A stretch of DNA of 64,000 nt. Origin: Raillietiella orientalis (lineage: Eukaryota). Positions 12,071-26,279 of the stretch are shown here, piece by piece; within the stretch, counting starts at the first letter, position 1, and every line of letters begins with the position of its first letter. The DNA lies in contig JAYWIR010000145.1 of the NCBI GenBank assembly GCA_036172245.1, forward strand, positions 1 to 64,000. Reading direction: 5' to 3'. The notes beneath the pieces were generated by a model. The model saw only the letters and a list, made by a program, of their open reading frames with translations, searched no databases and was not told where the DNA came from. A program made the position numbers and the translations under genes.

Positions 12071-14529
12071 AGTGCAAAGTGCCCCACCCTAATCAAATGT
12101 CGGCGTGTTCTTAATCCACTTCTGAACACAGGAAATCGCGAGGTAGTGCGGTTATCCATGACCGTAGATTGCCTAGCCCTGCCAATGGATGCTTCGTGAA
12201 GAAGCGGAAAAGTGCAATGGTGAAATCCGCTCACTTCGAATTCATTACATACCAGCACAAGATGTAAATTTGTACCATCAAATGATTCAGATCGAATAAA
12301 AAAATTCCCCTTCTCATTCCGAATGGTTGCGATGAAAACAACACGGAATGCAAAGTGTCCCACCCTAATCAAATGTGGGACTTTTTTTAATCCACCTCAG
12401 AAACCAGGAAATCGCATGATGGTGCGGTTATCCATGACGGTAGATTGCCTCGCGCTGCCAACGGATGCTCCGTGAAAAAGCGAAACAGTGCAATGGTGAA
12501 AAATCCTCACTTCGAATTGATTAGAAATTAGCAAAAGATGTAAATTTGTACCCCACCATGAATCAGAGCGAATTAAATAATTCATTTTCTAATTCCGATA
12601 GTGGTTGCCATGAAAACAACACGCAGTTCAAAGTGTTCCGCCCTAATGAAATTTCGTACTTTTCTTAATCCACCTCTGAAACCAGGAAATCGCATGATGT
12701 TGCGGTTATCCATGACGGTAGATTGCCTCGCGCTGCCAACGGATGCTTCGTGAAAAAGCGCAACAGTGCAATGGGGAAAACTCCTCACTTCGAATTGATT
12801 ACAAATAAGCAAAAGATGTAAATTTGTACCACACCATGAATCAGATCGAATTAAATAATTCACTTTCAAATTCCGACAGCGGTTGCCATCAAAACAACAC
12901 GGAGTGCAACGTGTTTCACCCTAATCAAATGTCGGACTTTTCTTAATCCACCTCTGAAACCAGAAAATCGCAAGGTGGTGCGGTTATCCATGACGGTAGA
13001 TTGCCTCGCGCTGCCAACGGATGCTTCGTGAAAAAGCGCAACAGTGCATGGTGAAACCTCCTCACTTCGAATTGATTACAAACCAGCAAAAGATGTAAAT
13101 TTGTACCACACCATGAATCAGATCGAATTAAATAATTCATTTTCTAATTCCGATAGTGGTTGCCATGAAAACAACACGCAGTTTAAAGTGTTCCGCCCTA
13201 ATGAAATTTCGTACTTTTCTTAATCCTCCTCTGAAACCAGGAAATCGCATGATGGTGCGGTTATCCATGACGGTAGATTGCCTCGCGCTGCCAACGGATG
13301 CTTCGTGAAAAAGCGCAACAGTGCAATGGGGAAATCTCCTCACTTCGAATTGATTACAAACCAGCAAAAGATGTAAATTTGTACCACACCATGAATCAGA
13401 GCGAATGAAATAATTCACTTTCTAATTCCGACAGTGGTTGCCATGAAAACAACACGGAGTGCAAAGAGCCCCGCCCTAATGAAATGTCGGACTGTTCTTC
13501 ATCCACCTCTAAACGCAGGAAATCGCAAGGTAGTGTGGTGATCTATGCCGGTAGATTTCCTCGCGCTGCCAACGGATGCTTCGTGAAAAAGCGCAAAAGT
13601 GCAATGGTGAAATCTCCTCACTTCGAATTGATTACAAACCAGCAAAAGATGTAAATTTGTACCACACCATGAATCAGATCGAATTAAATAATTCAATTTC
13701 TAATTCCGACAGTGGTTGCCATGAAAACAAAACGGAGTGCAAAGTGTCCCACCCTAATCAAATGTCGGACTTTTCTTAATCCACCTCTAAACGCAGGAAA
13801 TCGCAAGGTAGTGTGGTGATCCATGCCGGTAGATTGCCTCGCGCTGCCAACGGATGCTTCGTGAAGAAGCGCAATAGTGCAATGGTGGAATCTCCTCAAT
13901 TCGAATTGATTACAAACCAGCAAAAGATGTAAATTTGTACCATAAAATGAATCAGATCGAATTAAATAATTCACTTTCCAATTCCGATAGTGGTTGCCAT
14001 GAAAACAACACGGATTGCAAAGTGACCCGCCCTTAATGAAATGTCGGACTGTTCTTATTCCACCTCTAAACGCAGGAAATCGCAAGGTAGTGTGGTGATC
14101 CATGCCGGTAGATTGCCTCGCCCTGCCAATGGATGCTTCATGAAGATGCGCAATAGTGCAATGGTGGAATCTCCTCACTTCGAATTGATTACAAACCAGC
14201 AAAAGATGTAAGTTTATACCATACCGTGAATCAGATCGAATTAAATAATTCACTTTCTAATTCCTATAGTGGTTGCCATGAAAACAACACGGAGTGCAAA
14301 GTGTCCCACCCTAATCAAGTGTCGGACTTTTCTTAATCCACCTATAAACGCAGGAAATCGCAAGGTAGTGTGGTGATCCATGCCGGTAGATTGCCTCGCC
14401 CTGCCAATAGATGCTTCATGAAGATGCGCAATAGTGCAATGGTGGAATCTCCTCACTTCGAATTGATTACAAACCAGCAAAAGATGTAAATTTGTACCAC
14501 ACCATGAATCTGGTCGAATTGAATAATTC

Positions 14530-17500
14530 ACTTTCTAATTCCGACAGTGGTTGCCATGAAAACAACACGGAGTGCAAAGTGTCCCACCCTAATCAAATGT
14601 CGAAATTTCTTAATCCACCTCTAAACGCAGGAAGTCGCAAGGTTGTGTGGTGATCCATGCCGGTAGATTGCCTCGCGCTGCCAACGGATTCTTTGTGAAG
14701 AAGCGCAAAAGTGCAATGGTGAGATCTCCGTACTTCGAATTGATTACAAACCAGCAAAAGATGTAAATTTGTAGCATAAAATGAATCAGATCGAATTAAA
14801 TAATTCACTTTCAAATTCCGACAGCGGTTGCCATCAAAACAACACGGAGTGCAACGTGTTTCACCCTAATCAAATGTCGGACTTTTCTTAATCCACCTCT
14901 GAAACCAGAAAATCGCAAGGTGGTGCGGTTATCCATGACGGTAGATTGCCTCGCGCTGCCAACGGATGCTTCGTGAAAAAGCGCAACAGTGCATGGTGAA
15001 ACCTCCTCACTTCGAATTGATTACAAACCAGCAAAAGATGTAAATTTGTACCACACCATGAATCAGATCGAATTAAATAATTCATTTTCTAATTCCGATA
15101 GTGGTTGCCATGAAAACAACACGCAGTTTAAAGTGTTCCGCCCTAATGAAATTTCGTACTTTTCTTAATCCTCCTCTGAAACCAGGAAATCGCATGATGG
15201 TGCGGTTATCCATGACGGTAGATTGCCTCGCGCTGCCAACGGATGCTTCGTGAAAAAGCGCAACAGTGCAATGGGGAAATCTCCTCACTTCGAATTGATT
15301 ACAAACCAGCAAAAGATGTAAATTTGTACCACACCATGAATCAGAGCGAATGAAATAATTCACTTTCTAATTCCGACAGTGGTTGCCATGAAAACAACAC
15401 GGAGTGCAAAGAGCCCCGCCCTAATGAAATGTCGGACTGTTCTTCATCCACCTCTAAACGCAGGAAATCGCAAGGTAGTGTGGTGAACTATGCCGGTAGA
15501 TTTCCTCGCGCTGCCAACGGATGCTTCGTGAAAACGCGCAAAAGTGCAATGGTGAAATCTCCTCACTTCGAATTGATTACAAACCAGCAAAAGATGTAAA
15601 TTTCTACCACACCATGAATCAGATCGAATTGAATAATTGACTTTCTAATTCCGACAGTGGTTGCCATGAAAAGAAAACGGAGTGCAAAGTGTCCCACCCT
15701 AATCAAATGTCGGAGTGTTCTCAATCCACTTCTGAACACAGGAATTCGCAATGTAGTGTGGTGATCCATGCCGCTATATTGCCTCGCCCTGCCAATGGAT
15801 GCTTCATGAAGATGCGCAATAGTCCAATGGTGGAATCTCCTCACTTAGAATTGATTACAAACCAGCAAAAGATGTAAATTTGTACCATAAAATGAATCAG
15901 ATCGAATTAAATAATTCACTTTCCAATTCCGATAGTGGTTGCGATGAAAACAACACGGAGTGCAAAGTGACCCGCCCTAATGAAATGTCGGACTTTTCTT
16001 AATCCACCTCTAAACGCAGGAAATCGCAAGGAAGTGTGGTGATCCATGCCGGTAGATTGCCTCGCCCTGCCAATAGATGCTTCATGAAGATGCGCAATAG
16101 TGCAATGGTGGAATCTCCTCACTTCGAATTGATTACAAACCAGCAAAAGATGTAAATTTGTACCACACCATGAATCAGGTCGAATTAAATAATTCACTTT
16201 CTAATTCCGACAGTGGTTGCCATGAAAACAACACGGAGTGCAAAGTGTCCCACCCTAATCAAATGTCGAAATGTTCTTAATCCACCTCTAAACGCAGGAA
16301 GTCGCAAGGTTGTGTGGTGATCCATGCCGGTAGATTGCCTCGCGCTGCCAACGGATTCTTCGTGAAGAAGCGCAAAAGTGCAATGGTGAGATCTCCGTAC
16401 TTCGAATTGATTACAAACCAGCAAAAGATGTAAATTTGTAGCATAAAATGAATCAGATCGAATTAAATAATTCACTTTCTAATTCCGATAGTGGTTGCCA
16501 TGAAAACAACACGGAGTGCAAATTGCCCCGCCCTAATGAAATGTCGGACTTTTCTCAAAACACCTCTCAAACCATGAAATCGCATGATGGTGCGGTTATC
16601 CATGACGGTAGATTGCCTCGGGCTACCAACGGATGCTTCGTGAAAAAGCGCAAAAGTGCAATGGTGAAATCTCCTCACTTCGAATTGATTACAAACCAGC
16701 AAAAGATGTAAATTTATACCATACCGTGAATCAGATCGAATTAAATAATTCCCTTTTCAATTCCGACAGTGGTTGCCATGAAAACAACACGGAGTGCAAA
16801 GTGTCCCACCCTAATCAAATGTCGGAGTGTTCTTAATCCACCTCTAAACGCAGGAAATCGCAAGGTAGTGTGGTGATCCATGACGGTAGATTGCCTCGGT
16901 CTGCCAACGGATGTTTCGTGAAAAACCGAAACATTGCATGGTGAAATCTCCTCACTTCGAATTGATTAGAAACCAGCAAAAGATGTAAATTTGTACCACA
17001 CCATGAATCAGAGCGAATGAAATAATTCACTTTCTAATTCCGACAGTGGTTGCCATGAAAACAACACGGAGTGCAAAGAGCCCCGCCCTAATGAAATGTC
17101 GGACTGTTCTTCATCCACCTCTAAACGCAGGAAATCGCAAGGTAGTGTGGTGAACTATGCCGGTAGATTTCCTCGCGCTGCCAACGGATGCTTCGTGAAA
17201 ACGCGCAAAAGTGCAATGGTGAAATCTCCTCACTTCGAATTGATTACAAACCAGCAAAAGATGTAAATTTGTACCACACCATGAATCAGATCGAATTGAA
17301 TAATTGACTTTCTAATTCCGACAGTGGTTGCCATGAAAAGAAAACGGAGTGCAAAGTGTCCCACCCTAATCAAATGTCGGAGTGTTCTCAATCCACTTCT
17401 GAACACAGGAATTCGCAATGTAGTGTGGTGATCCATGCCGCTATATTGCCTCGCCCTGCCAATGGATGCTTCATGAAGATGCGCAATAGTCCAATGGTGG

Positions 17501-20100
17501 AATCTCCTCACTTAGAATTGATTACAAACCAGCAAAAGATGTAAATTTGTACCATAAAATGAATCAGATCGAATTAAATAATTCACTTTCCAATTCCGAT
17601 AGTGGTTGCGATGAAAACAACACGGAGTGCAAAGTGACCCGCCCTAATGAAATGTCGGACTTTTCTTAATCCACCTCTAAACGCAGGAAATCGCAAGGAA
17701 GTGTGGTGATCCATGCCGGTAGATTGCCTCGCCCTGCCAATAGATGCTTCATGAAGATGCGCAATAGTGCAATGGTGGAATCTCCTCACTTCGAATTGAT
17801 TACAAACCAGCAAAAGATGTAAATTTGTACCACACCATGAATCAGGTCGAATTAAATAATTCACTTTCTAATTCCGACAGTGGTTGCCATGAAAACAACA
17901 CGGAGTGCAAAGTGTCCCACCCTAATCAAATGTCGAAATGTTCTTAATCCACCTCTAAACGCAGGAAGTCGCAAGGTTGTGTGGTGATCCATGCCGGTAG
18001 ATTGCCTCGCGCTGCCAACGGATTCTTCGTGAAGAAGCGCAAAAGTGCAATGGTGAGATCTCCGTACTTCGAATTGATTACAAACCAGCAAAAGATGTAA
18101 ATTTGTAGCATAAAATGAATCAGATCGAATTAAATAATTCACTTTCTAATTCCGATAGTGGTTGCCATGAAAACAACACGGAGTGCAAATTGCCCCGCCC
18201 TAATGAAATGTCGGACTTTTCTCAAAACACCTCTCAAACCATGAAATCGCATGATGGTGCGGTTATCCATGACGGTAGATTGCCTCGGGCTACCAACGGA
18301 TGCTTCGTGAAAAAGCGCAAAAGTGCAATGGTGAAATCTCCTCACTTCGAATTGATTACAAACCAGCAAAAGATGTAAATTTATACCATACCGTGAATCA
18401 GATCGAATTAAATAATTCCCTTTTCAATTCCGACAGTGGTTGCCATGAAAACAACACGGAGTGCAAAGTGTCCCGCCCTAATGAAATGTCGGACTGTTCT
18501 TAATCCACCTCTAAACGCAGGAAATCGCAAGGTAGTGTGGTGATCCATGCCGGTAGATTTCCTCGCTCTGCCAACGGATGTTTCGTGAAAAAGCGCAACA
18601 GTGCATGGTGAAATCTCCTCACTTCGAATTGATTACAAACCAGCAAAAGATGTAAATTTGTACCACACCATGAATCAGATCGAATTAAATAATTCACTTT
18701 TTATTTCCGACAGTGGTTGCCATGAAAACAACACGGAGTGCAAAGAGCCCCGCCCTAATGAAATGTCGGACTGTTCTTCATCCACCTCTAAACGCAGGAA
18801 ATCGCAAGGTAGTGTGGTGATCTATGCCGGTAGATTTCCTCGCGCTGCCAACGGATGCTTCGTGAAAACGCGCAAAAGTGCAATGGTGAAATCTCCTCAC
18901 TTCGAATTGATTACAAACCAGCAAAAGATGTAAATTTCTACCACACCATGAATCAGATCGAATTGAATAATTGACTTTCTAATTCCGACAGTGGTTGCCA
19001 TGAAAAAACGGAGTGCAAAGTGTCCCACCCTAATCAAATGTCGGAGTGTTCTCAATCCACTTCTGAACACAGGAATTCGCAATGTAGTGTGGTGATCCAT
19101 GCCGCTATATTGCCTCGCCCTGCCAATGGATGCTTCATGAAGATGCGCAATAGTCCAATGGTGGAATCTCCTCACTTAGAATTGATTACAAACCAGCAAA
19201 AGATGTAAATTTGTACCATAAAATGAATCAGATCGAATTAAATAATTCACTTTCCAATTCCGATAGTGGTTGCGATGAAAACAACACGGAGTGCAAAGTG
19301 ACCCGCCCTAATGAAATGTCGGACTTTTCTTAATCCACCTCTAAACGCAGGAAATCGCAAGGAAGTGTGGTGATCCATGCCGGTAGATTGCCTCGCCCTG
19401 CCAATAGATGCTTCATGAAGATGCGCAATAGTGCAATGGTGGAATCTCCTCACTTCGAATTGATTACAAACCAGCAAAAGATGTAAATTTGTACCACACC
19501 ATGAATCAGGTCGAATTAAATAATTCACTTTCTAATTCCGACAGTGGTTGCCATGAAAACAACACGGAGTGCAAAGTGTCCCACCCTAATCAAATGTCGA
19601 AATGTTCTTAATCCACCTCTAAACGCAGGAAGTCGCAAGGTTGTGTGGTGATCCATGCCGGTAGATTGCCTCGCGCTGCCAACGGATTCTTCGTGAAGAA
19701 GCGCAAAAGTGCAATGGTGAGATCTCCGTACTTCGAATTGATTACAAACCAGCAAAAGATGTAAATTTGTAGCATAAAATGAATCAGATCGAATTAAATA
19801 ATTCACTTTCTAATTCCGATAGTGGTTGCCATGAAAACAACACGGAGTGCAAATTGCCCCGCCCTAATGAAATGTCGGACTTTTCTCAAAACACCTCTCA
19901 AACCATGAAATCGCATGATGGTGCGGTTATCCATGACGGTAGATTGCCTCGGGCTACCAACGGATGCTTCGTGAAAAAGCGCAAAAGTGCAATGGTGAAA
20001 TCTCCTCACTTCGAATTGATTACAAACCAGCAAAAGATGTAAATTTATACCATACCGTGAATCAGATCGAATTAAATAATTCCCTTTTCAATTCCGACAG
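14530..20100. repeat. 6-mer higher-order repeat, period 1,667 bp (three near-complete copies plus a partial copy)
   Basis: Marker GAGATCTCCGTAC...TGTAGCATAAAATG occurs at 14721, 16388, 18055 and 19719 (spacing 1667, 1667, 1664). Identical ORFs lie at 15916/17583/19247 and 16448/18115/19779. A 3-bp deletion at ~19005 explains the 1664 spacing. Confidence 0.93.
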
Positions 20101-23100
20101 TGGTTGCCATGAAAACAACACGGAGTGCAAAGAGCCCCGCCCTAATGAAATGTCGGACAGTTCTTAATCCACCTCTAAACGCAGGAAATCGCAAGGTAGT
20201 GTGGTGATCTATGCCGGTAGATTTCCTCGCTCTGCCAACGGATGCTTCGTGAAGAAGCGCAAACGTGCAATGGTGAAATCTCCGTACCTCGAATTGATTA
20301 CAAACCAGCAAAAGATGTAAATTTGTACCATAAAATGAATCAGATCGAATTAAATAATTCACTTTCTAATTCCGACAGTGGTTGCCATGAAAACAACACG
20401 GAGTGCAAAGTGTCCCACCCTAATCAAATGTCGGAGTGTTCTTAATCCACCTCTAAACGCAGGAAATCGCAAGGTAGTGTGGTGATCCATGACGGTAGAT
20501 TGCCTCGGTCTGCCAACGGATGTTTCGTGAAAAACCGAAACATTGCATGGTGAAATCTCCTCACTTCGAATTGATTAGAAACCAGCAAAAGTTGTAAATT
20601 TATACCATACCGTGAATCAGATCGAATTAAATAATTCACTTTTCAGTTCCGAAAGTGGTTGCCATGAAAACAACAGATCGTGCAAAGTGCCCCGCCCTAA
20701 TGAAATGTTGGACTGTTCTTCATCCACCTCTAAACGCAGGAAATCGCAAAGTAGTGTGGTGATCCGTGCCGCGGTAGATTTCCTCGCGATGGCAACGGAT
20801 GCTTCGTGAAGAAGCGAAAAAGTGCAATGGTGAAATCTCCATCCTTCGAATTGATTACAACCCAGCAAAAGATGTAAATTTGTATTATAAAATGAATCAC
20901 ATCGAATTAAATAATTCACTTTCCAATTCGGATAGTGGTTGCCATGAAAGCAATACGGAGAGCAAAGTGTCCCACCCTAATCAAATGTCGCACTTTTCTT
21001 TATCCACCTCTGAAACCAGGAAATCGGAAGGTTGTGCGGTTATCCATGACCGTAGATTGCCTCGCACTGTCAACGTATGTTTCGTGAAAAAGCGCAACAG
21101 TGCAATGGTGAAATCTCCTCACTTCGAATTGATTACAAACCAGCAAAAGATGTAAATTTGTACCATACCGTGAATCAGATCGAATAAAATAATTCCCTTT
21201 TCAATTCCGACAGTGGTTGCCATGAAAACAACACGGAGTGCAAAGAGCCTTGCCCTAATGAAATGTCGGACTGTTCTTCATCCATCTCTAAACGCAGGAA
21301 ATCGCAATGTAGTGTGGTGATCTATGCCGGTAGACTTCCTCGCTCTGCCAACGGATGCTTCGTGAAGAAGCGCAAAAGTGCAATGGTGAAATCTCCGTAC
21401 CTCGAATTGATTACAAACCAGCAAAAGATGTAAATTTGTACCATAAAATGAATCTTATCGAATTAAATAATTCACTTTCTAATTCCGACAGTAGTTGCCA
21501 TGAAAACAACACGGAGTGCAAAGTGCCCCACCCTAATCAAATGTCGGAGTGTTCTTAATCCTCTTCTGAACACAGGAAATCGCGAGGTAGTGGGGTGATC
21601 CATGACGGTGGATTGCCTAGCCCTGCCAATGGATGCTTCGTGAAGAAGCGCAAAAGTGCAATGGTGAAATTTCCTCACTTCGAATTGATTACAAACCAGC
21701 AAAAGATGTAAATTTGTACCACACCATGAATCTTATCGAATTAAATAATTCACTTTCTAATTCCGACAGTGGTTGCCATGAAAACAAAACGGAGTGCAAA
21801 GTGTCCCACCCTAGTCAAGTGTCGGACTTTTCTTAATCCACCTCTAAACGCAGGAAATCGCAAGGTAGTGTGGTGATCCATGACGGTAGATTGCCTCGCC
21901 CTACCAATGGATACTTCATGAAGATGGTCAATAGTGCAATGGTGGAATCTCCTCACTTCGAATTGATTACAAACCAGCAAAAGATGTAAATTTGTACCAC
22001 ACCATGAATCAGGTCGAATTAAATAATTCACTTTCTAATTCCGACAGTGGTTGCCATGAAAACAACACGCAGTTCAAAGTGTTCCGCCCAAATGAAATTT
22101 CGTACTTTTCTTAATCCACCTCTGAAACCAGGAAATCGCATGATGGTGCGGTTATCCATGACGGAAGATTGCCTCGCGCTGCCAACGGATGCTTCGTGAA
22201 AAAGCGCAACAGTGCAATGGGGAAATCTCCTCACTTCGAATTGATTACAAACCAGCAAAAGATGTAAATTTGTACCACACCATGAATCAGAGCGAATGAA
22301 ATAATTCACTTTCTAATTCCGACAGTGGTTGCCATGAAAACAACACGGAGTGCAAAGAGTCCCGCCCTAATGAAATGTCGGACTGTTCTTCATCCACCTC
22401 TAAACGCAGGAAATCGCAAGGTAGTGTGGTGAACTATGCCGGTAGATTTCCTCGCGCTGCCAACGGATGCTTCGTGAAGACGCGCAAAAGTGCAATGGTG
22501 AAATCTCCTCACTTCGAATTGATTACAATCCAGCAAAAGATGTAAATTTGTACCACACCATGAATCAGATCGAATTAAATAATTAACTTTCTAATTCCTA
22601 CAGTGGTTGCCATGAAAAGAAAACGGAGTGCAAAGTGTCCCACCCTAATCAAATGTCGGAGTGTTCTTAATCCACTTCTGAACACAGGAATTCGCAATGT
22701 AGTGTGGTGATCCATGCCGCTAGATTGCCTCGCCCTGCCAATGGATGCTCCATAAAGATGCGCAATAGTGCAATGGTGGAATCTCCTCACTTAGAATTGA
22801 TTACAAACCAGCAAAAGATGTAAATTTGTACCATAAAATGAATCAGATCGAATTCAATAATTCACTTTCCAATTCCGATAGTGGTTGCGATGAAAACAAC
22901 ACGGAGTGCAAAGTGACCCGCCCTAATCAGATGTCGGAGTGTTCTTAATCCACCTCTAAACGCAGGAAACCGCAAGGTAGTGTGGTGATCCATGCCGGTA
23001 GATTGCCTCGCGCTGCCAACGGATTCTTCGTGAAGAAGCGCAAAAGTGCAATGGTGAAATCTCCGTACTTCGAATTGATTACAAACCATCAAAAGATGTA

Positions 23101-26100
23101 AATTTGTACCATAAAATGAATCAGATCGAATTAAATAATTCACTTTCTAATTCCGATTGTGGTTGCCATGAAAACAACACGGAGTGCAAATTGCCCCGCC
23201 CTAATGAAATTTCGGATTTTTTTTAATCCACCTCAGAAACCAGGAAATCGCTTGGTGGTGCGGTTATCCATGACGGAAGATTGCCTCGCGCTGCCAACGG
23301 ATGCTTCGTGAAAAAGCGCAAAAGTGCAATGGTGAAATCTCCTCACTTCGAATTGATAACAAACCAGCAAAAGATGTAAATTTATACCATACCGTGAATC
23401 AGATCGAATAAAATAAGTTCCTTTTCAATTCCGACAGTGGTTGCCATGAAAACAACTAGGAGTGCAAAGAGCCCCGCCCTAATGAAATGTCGGACAGTTC
23501 TTCATCCACCTCAAAACGCAGGAAATCGCAAGGTAGTGTGGTTATCTATGCCGGTAGATTTCCTCGCTCTGCCAACGGATGCTTCGTGAAGAAGCGCAAA
23601 AGTGCAATGGTGAAATCTCCTCACTTCGAATTGATTACAAACCAGCAAAAGATGTAAATTTATACCATACCGTGAATCAGATCGAATTAAATAATTCCCT
23701 TTTCAATTCGGACAGTGGTTGCCATGAAAACAACACGAGTGCAAAGTGTCCCACCCTAATCAAATGTCGGAGTGTTCTTAATCCACTTCTGAACACAGGA
23801 AATCGCAAGGTAGTGCGGTGATCTATGACGGTGGATTGCCTAGCCCTGCCTATGGATGCTTCGTGAAGAAGCGCAAAAGTGCAATGGTGAAATCTCCTCA
23901 CTTCGAATTGATTACAAACCAGCAAAAGATGTAAATTTGTACAGCACCATGAATCAGATCGAATTAAATAATTAACTTTATAATTCCGACAGTGGTTGCC
24001 ATGAAAACAACACGGAGTGCAAAGCGTCCCAACCTAATCAAAGGTCGAAGTGTTCTTAATCCACTTCTGAACACAGGAATTCGCAAGGTAGTGCGGTGAT
24101 CCATGACGGTGGATTGCCTAGCCCTGCCAATGGATGCTTCGTGAAGAAGCGCAGAATTGCAATGGTGAAATCCGCTCACTTCGAATTCATTACATACCAG
24201 CAAAAGATGTAAATTTGTACCATAAAATGAATCAGATCGAACTAAATAATTCACTTTTTAAAACCCACAGTGGTTGCCATCAAAACAACACGGAGTGCAA
24301 AGTGTTTCACCCCAATCAAATTTCGGACTTTTCTTAATCCACCTCTGAAACCAGGAAATCGGAAGGTTGTGCGGTTATCCATGACGGTAGATTGCCTCGC
24401 CCTGCCAACGGATGCCTTGTAAAAAAGCGCAACAGTGCATGGTGAAATCTACGTACTTCGAATTGATTACAAACCAGCAAAAGATGTACATTTTTACCAT
24501 AATATGAATCAGATCGAATTAAATAATTCACTTTCTAATTCCGCTAGTGGTTCCCATGAAAACAACACGGAGAGCAAAGTGCCCCGTTCTCATGAAATGT
24601 CGGACTTTTCTTAATCTACCTCTAAAATCAGGAAATCGCATGATGGTGCGGTTATGCATGACGGTAGATTGCCTCGCGCTGCCTACGGATGCTTCGTGAA
24701 GAAGCGCAAAAGTGCAATGGTGAAATTCTCTCACTTCGAATTCATTACATACCAGCAAAAGATGTAAATTTGTACCATAAAATGATTCAGAGCGAATGAA
24801 ATAATTCACTTTCTAATTCCGACAGTGGTTGCCATGAAAACAATACGGAGTGCAAAGTGTCCCACCCTAATCAAATGTCGGAGTATTCTTAATCCACTTC
24901 TGAACACAGCAAATCGCAAGGTAGTGCGGTGATCCATGACGGAGGATTGCCTAGCCATGCCAACGGATGCTTCGTGAAAAAGCGCAACAGTGCATGGTGA
25001 AATCTCCTCACTTCGAATGGATTACAAACCAGCAAAAGATGTAAATTTATACCATACCGTGAACCAGATCGAATTAAATAATTCCCTTTTCAATTTCGAC
25101 AGTGGTTGCCATGAAAACAACACGGAGTGCAAAAAGCCTCGCCCTAATGAAATGTCGGACTGTTCTTCATCCACCTCTAAACGCAGGAAATCGCAAGGTA
25201 GTGTGGTGATTTATGCCGGTAGATTTCCTCGCGCTGCCAACGGATGCTTCGTGAAGAAGCGCAAAAGTGCAATGGTGAAATCTCCCTAAATCGAATTGAT
25301 TACAAACCAGCAAAAGATGTAAATTTGTACCATAAAATGAATCAGATCGAATTAAATAATTCACTTTCTAATTCCGATAGTGGTTGCCATGGAAACAACA
25401 CAGAGTGCAAAGTGACCCGCCCTAATCAAGTGTCGGACTTTCCTTAATCCACCTCTAAACGCAGGAAATCGCAAGGAAGTGTGGTGATCCATGCAGGTAG
25501 ATTGCCTCGCCTTGCCAATGGATGCATCATGAAGATGCGCAATAGTGCAATGGTGGAATCTCCTCACTTCGAAATGATTACAAACCAGCAAAAGATGTAA
25601 ATTTATACCACACCATGAATCAGATCGAATTAAATAATTCACTTTCTAATTCCGATAGTGGTTGCCATGAAAACAACACGGAGTGCAAAGTGACCCGCCC
25701 TAATGAAATGTCGGACTTTCCTTAATCCACCTCTAAACGCAGGAAATCGCAAGGATGTGTGGTGATCCATGCAGGTAGATTGCCTCGCCTTGCCAATGGA
25801 TGCATCATGAAGATGCGCAATAGTGCAATGGTGGAATCTCCTCACATCGAAATGATTACAAACCAGCAAAAGATGTAAATTTATACCACACCATGAATCA
25901 GATCGAATTAAATAGATCACTTTCTAATTCCGATATTGGTTGCCATGAAAACAACACGGAGTGCAAAGTGCCCCGCCCTAATGAAATGTCGGACTTTTCT
26001 TGATCCACCTCTGAAACCAGGAAATCGCATGATGGTGCGGTTAACCATGACGGTAGATTGCCTCGCGCTGCCAACGGATGCTTCGTGAAAAAGCGCAACA

Positions 26101-26279
26101 GAGCATGGTGAAATCTCCGTACTTCGAATTGATTACAAACCTGCAAAAGATGTAAATTTGTACCATAAAATGAATCAGATCGAATTAAATAATTCACTTT
26201 CTAATTCCGATATAGGTTGCCATGAAAACAACACGCAGTGCAAAGTGTTCCGCCCTAATGAAATTTCGGACTTTTCTTA

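Noticed and set aside
12191..12210. CTTCGTGAAGAAGCGGAAA as a true CENP-B box (also ~51364)
   Set aside because: The spacing between TTCG and CGG is one base too long, position 10 is G, and the fourth base of CGGG is absent. It does not satisfy NTTCGNNNNANNCGGGN.
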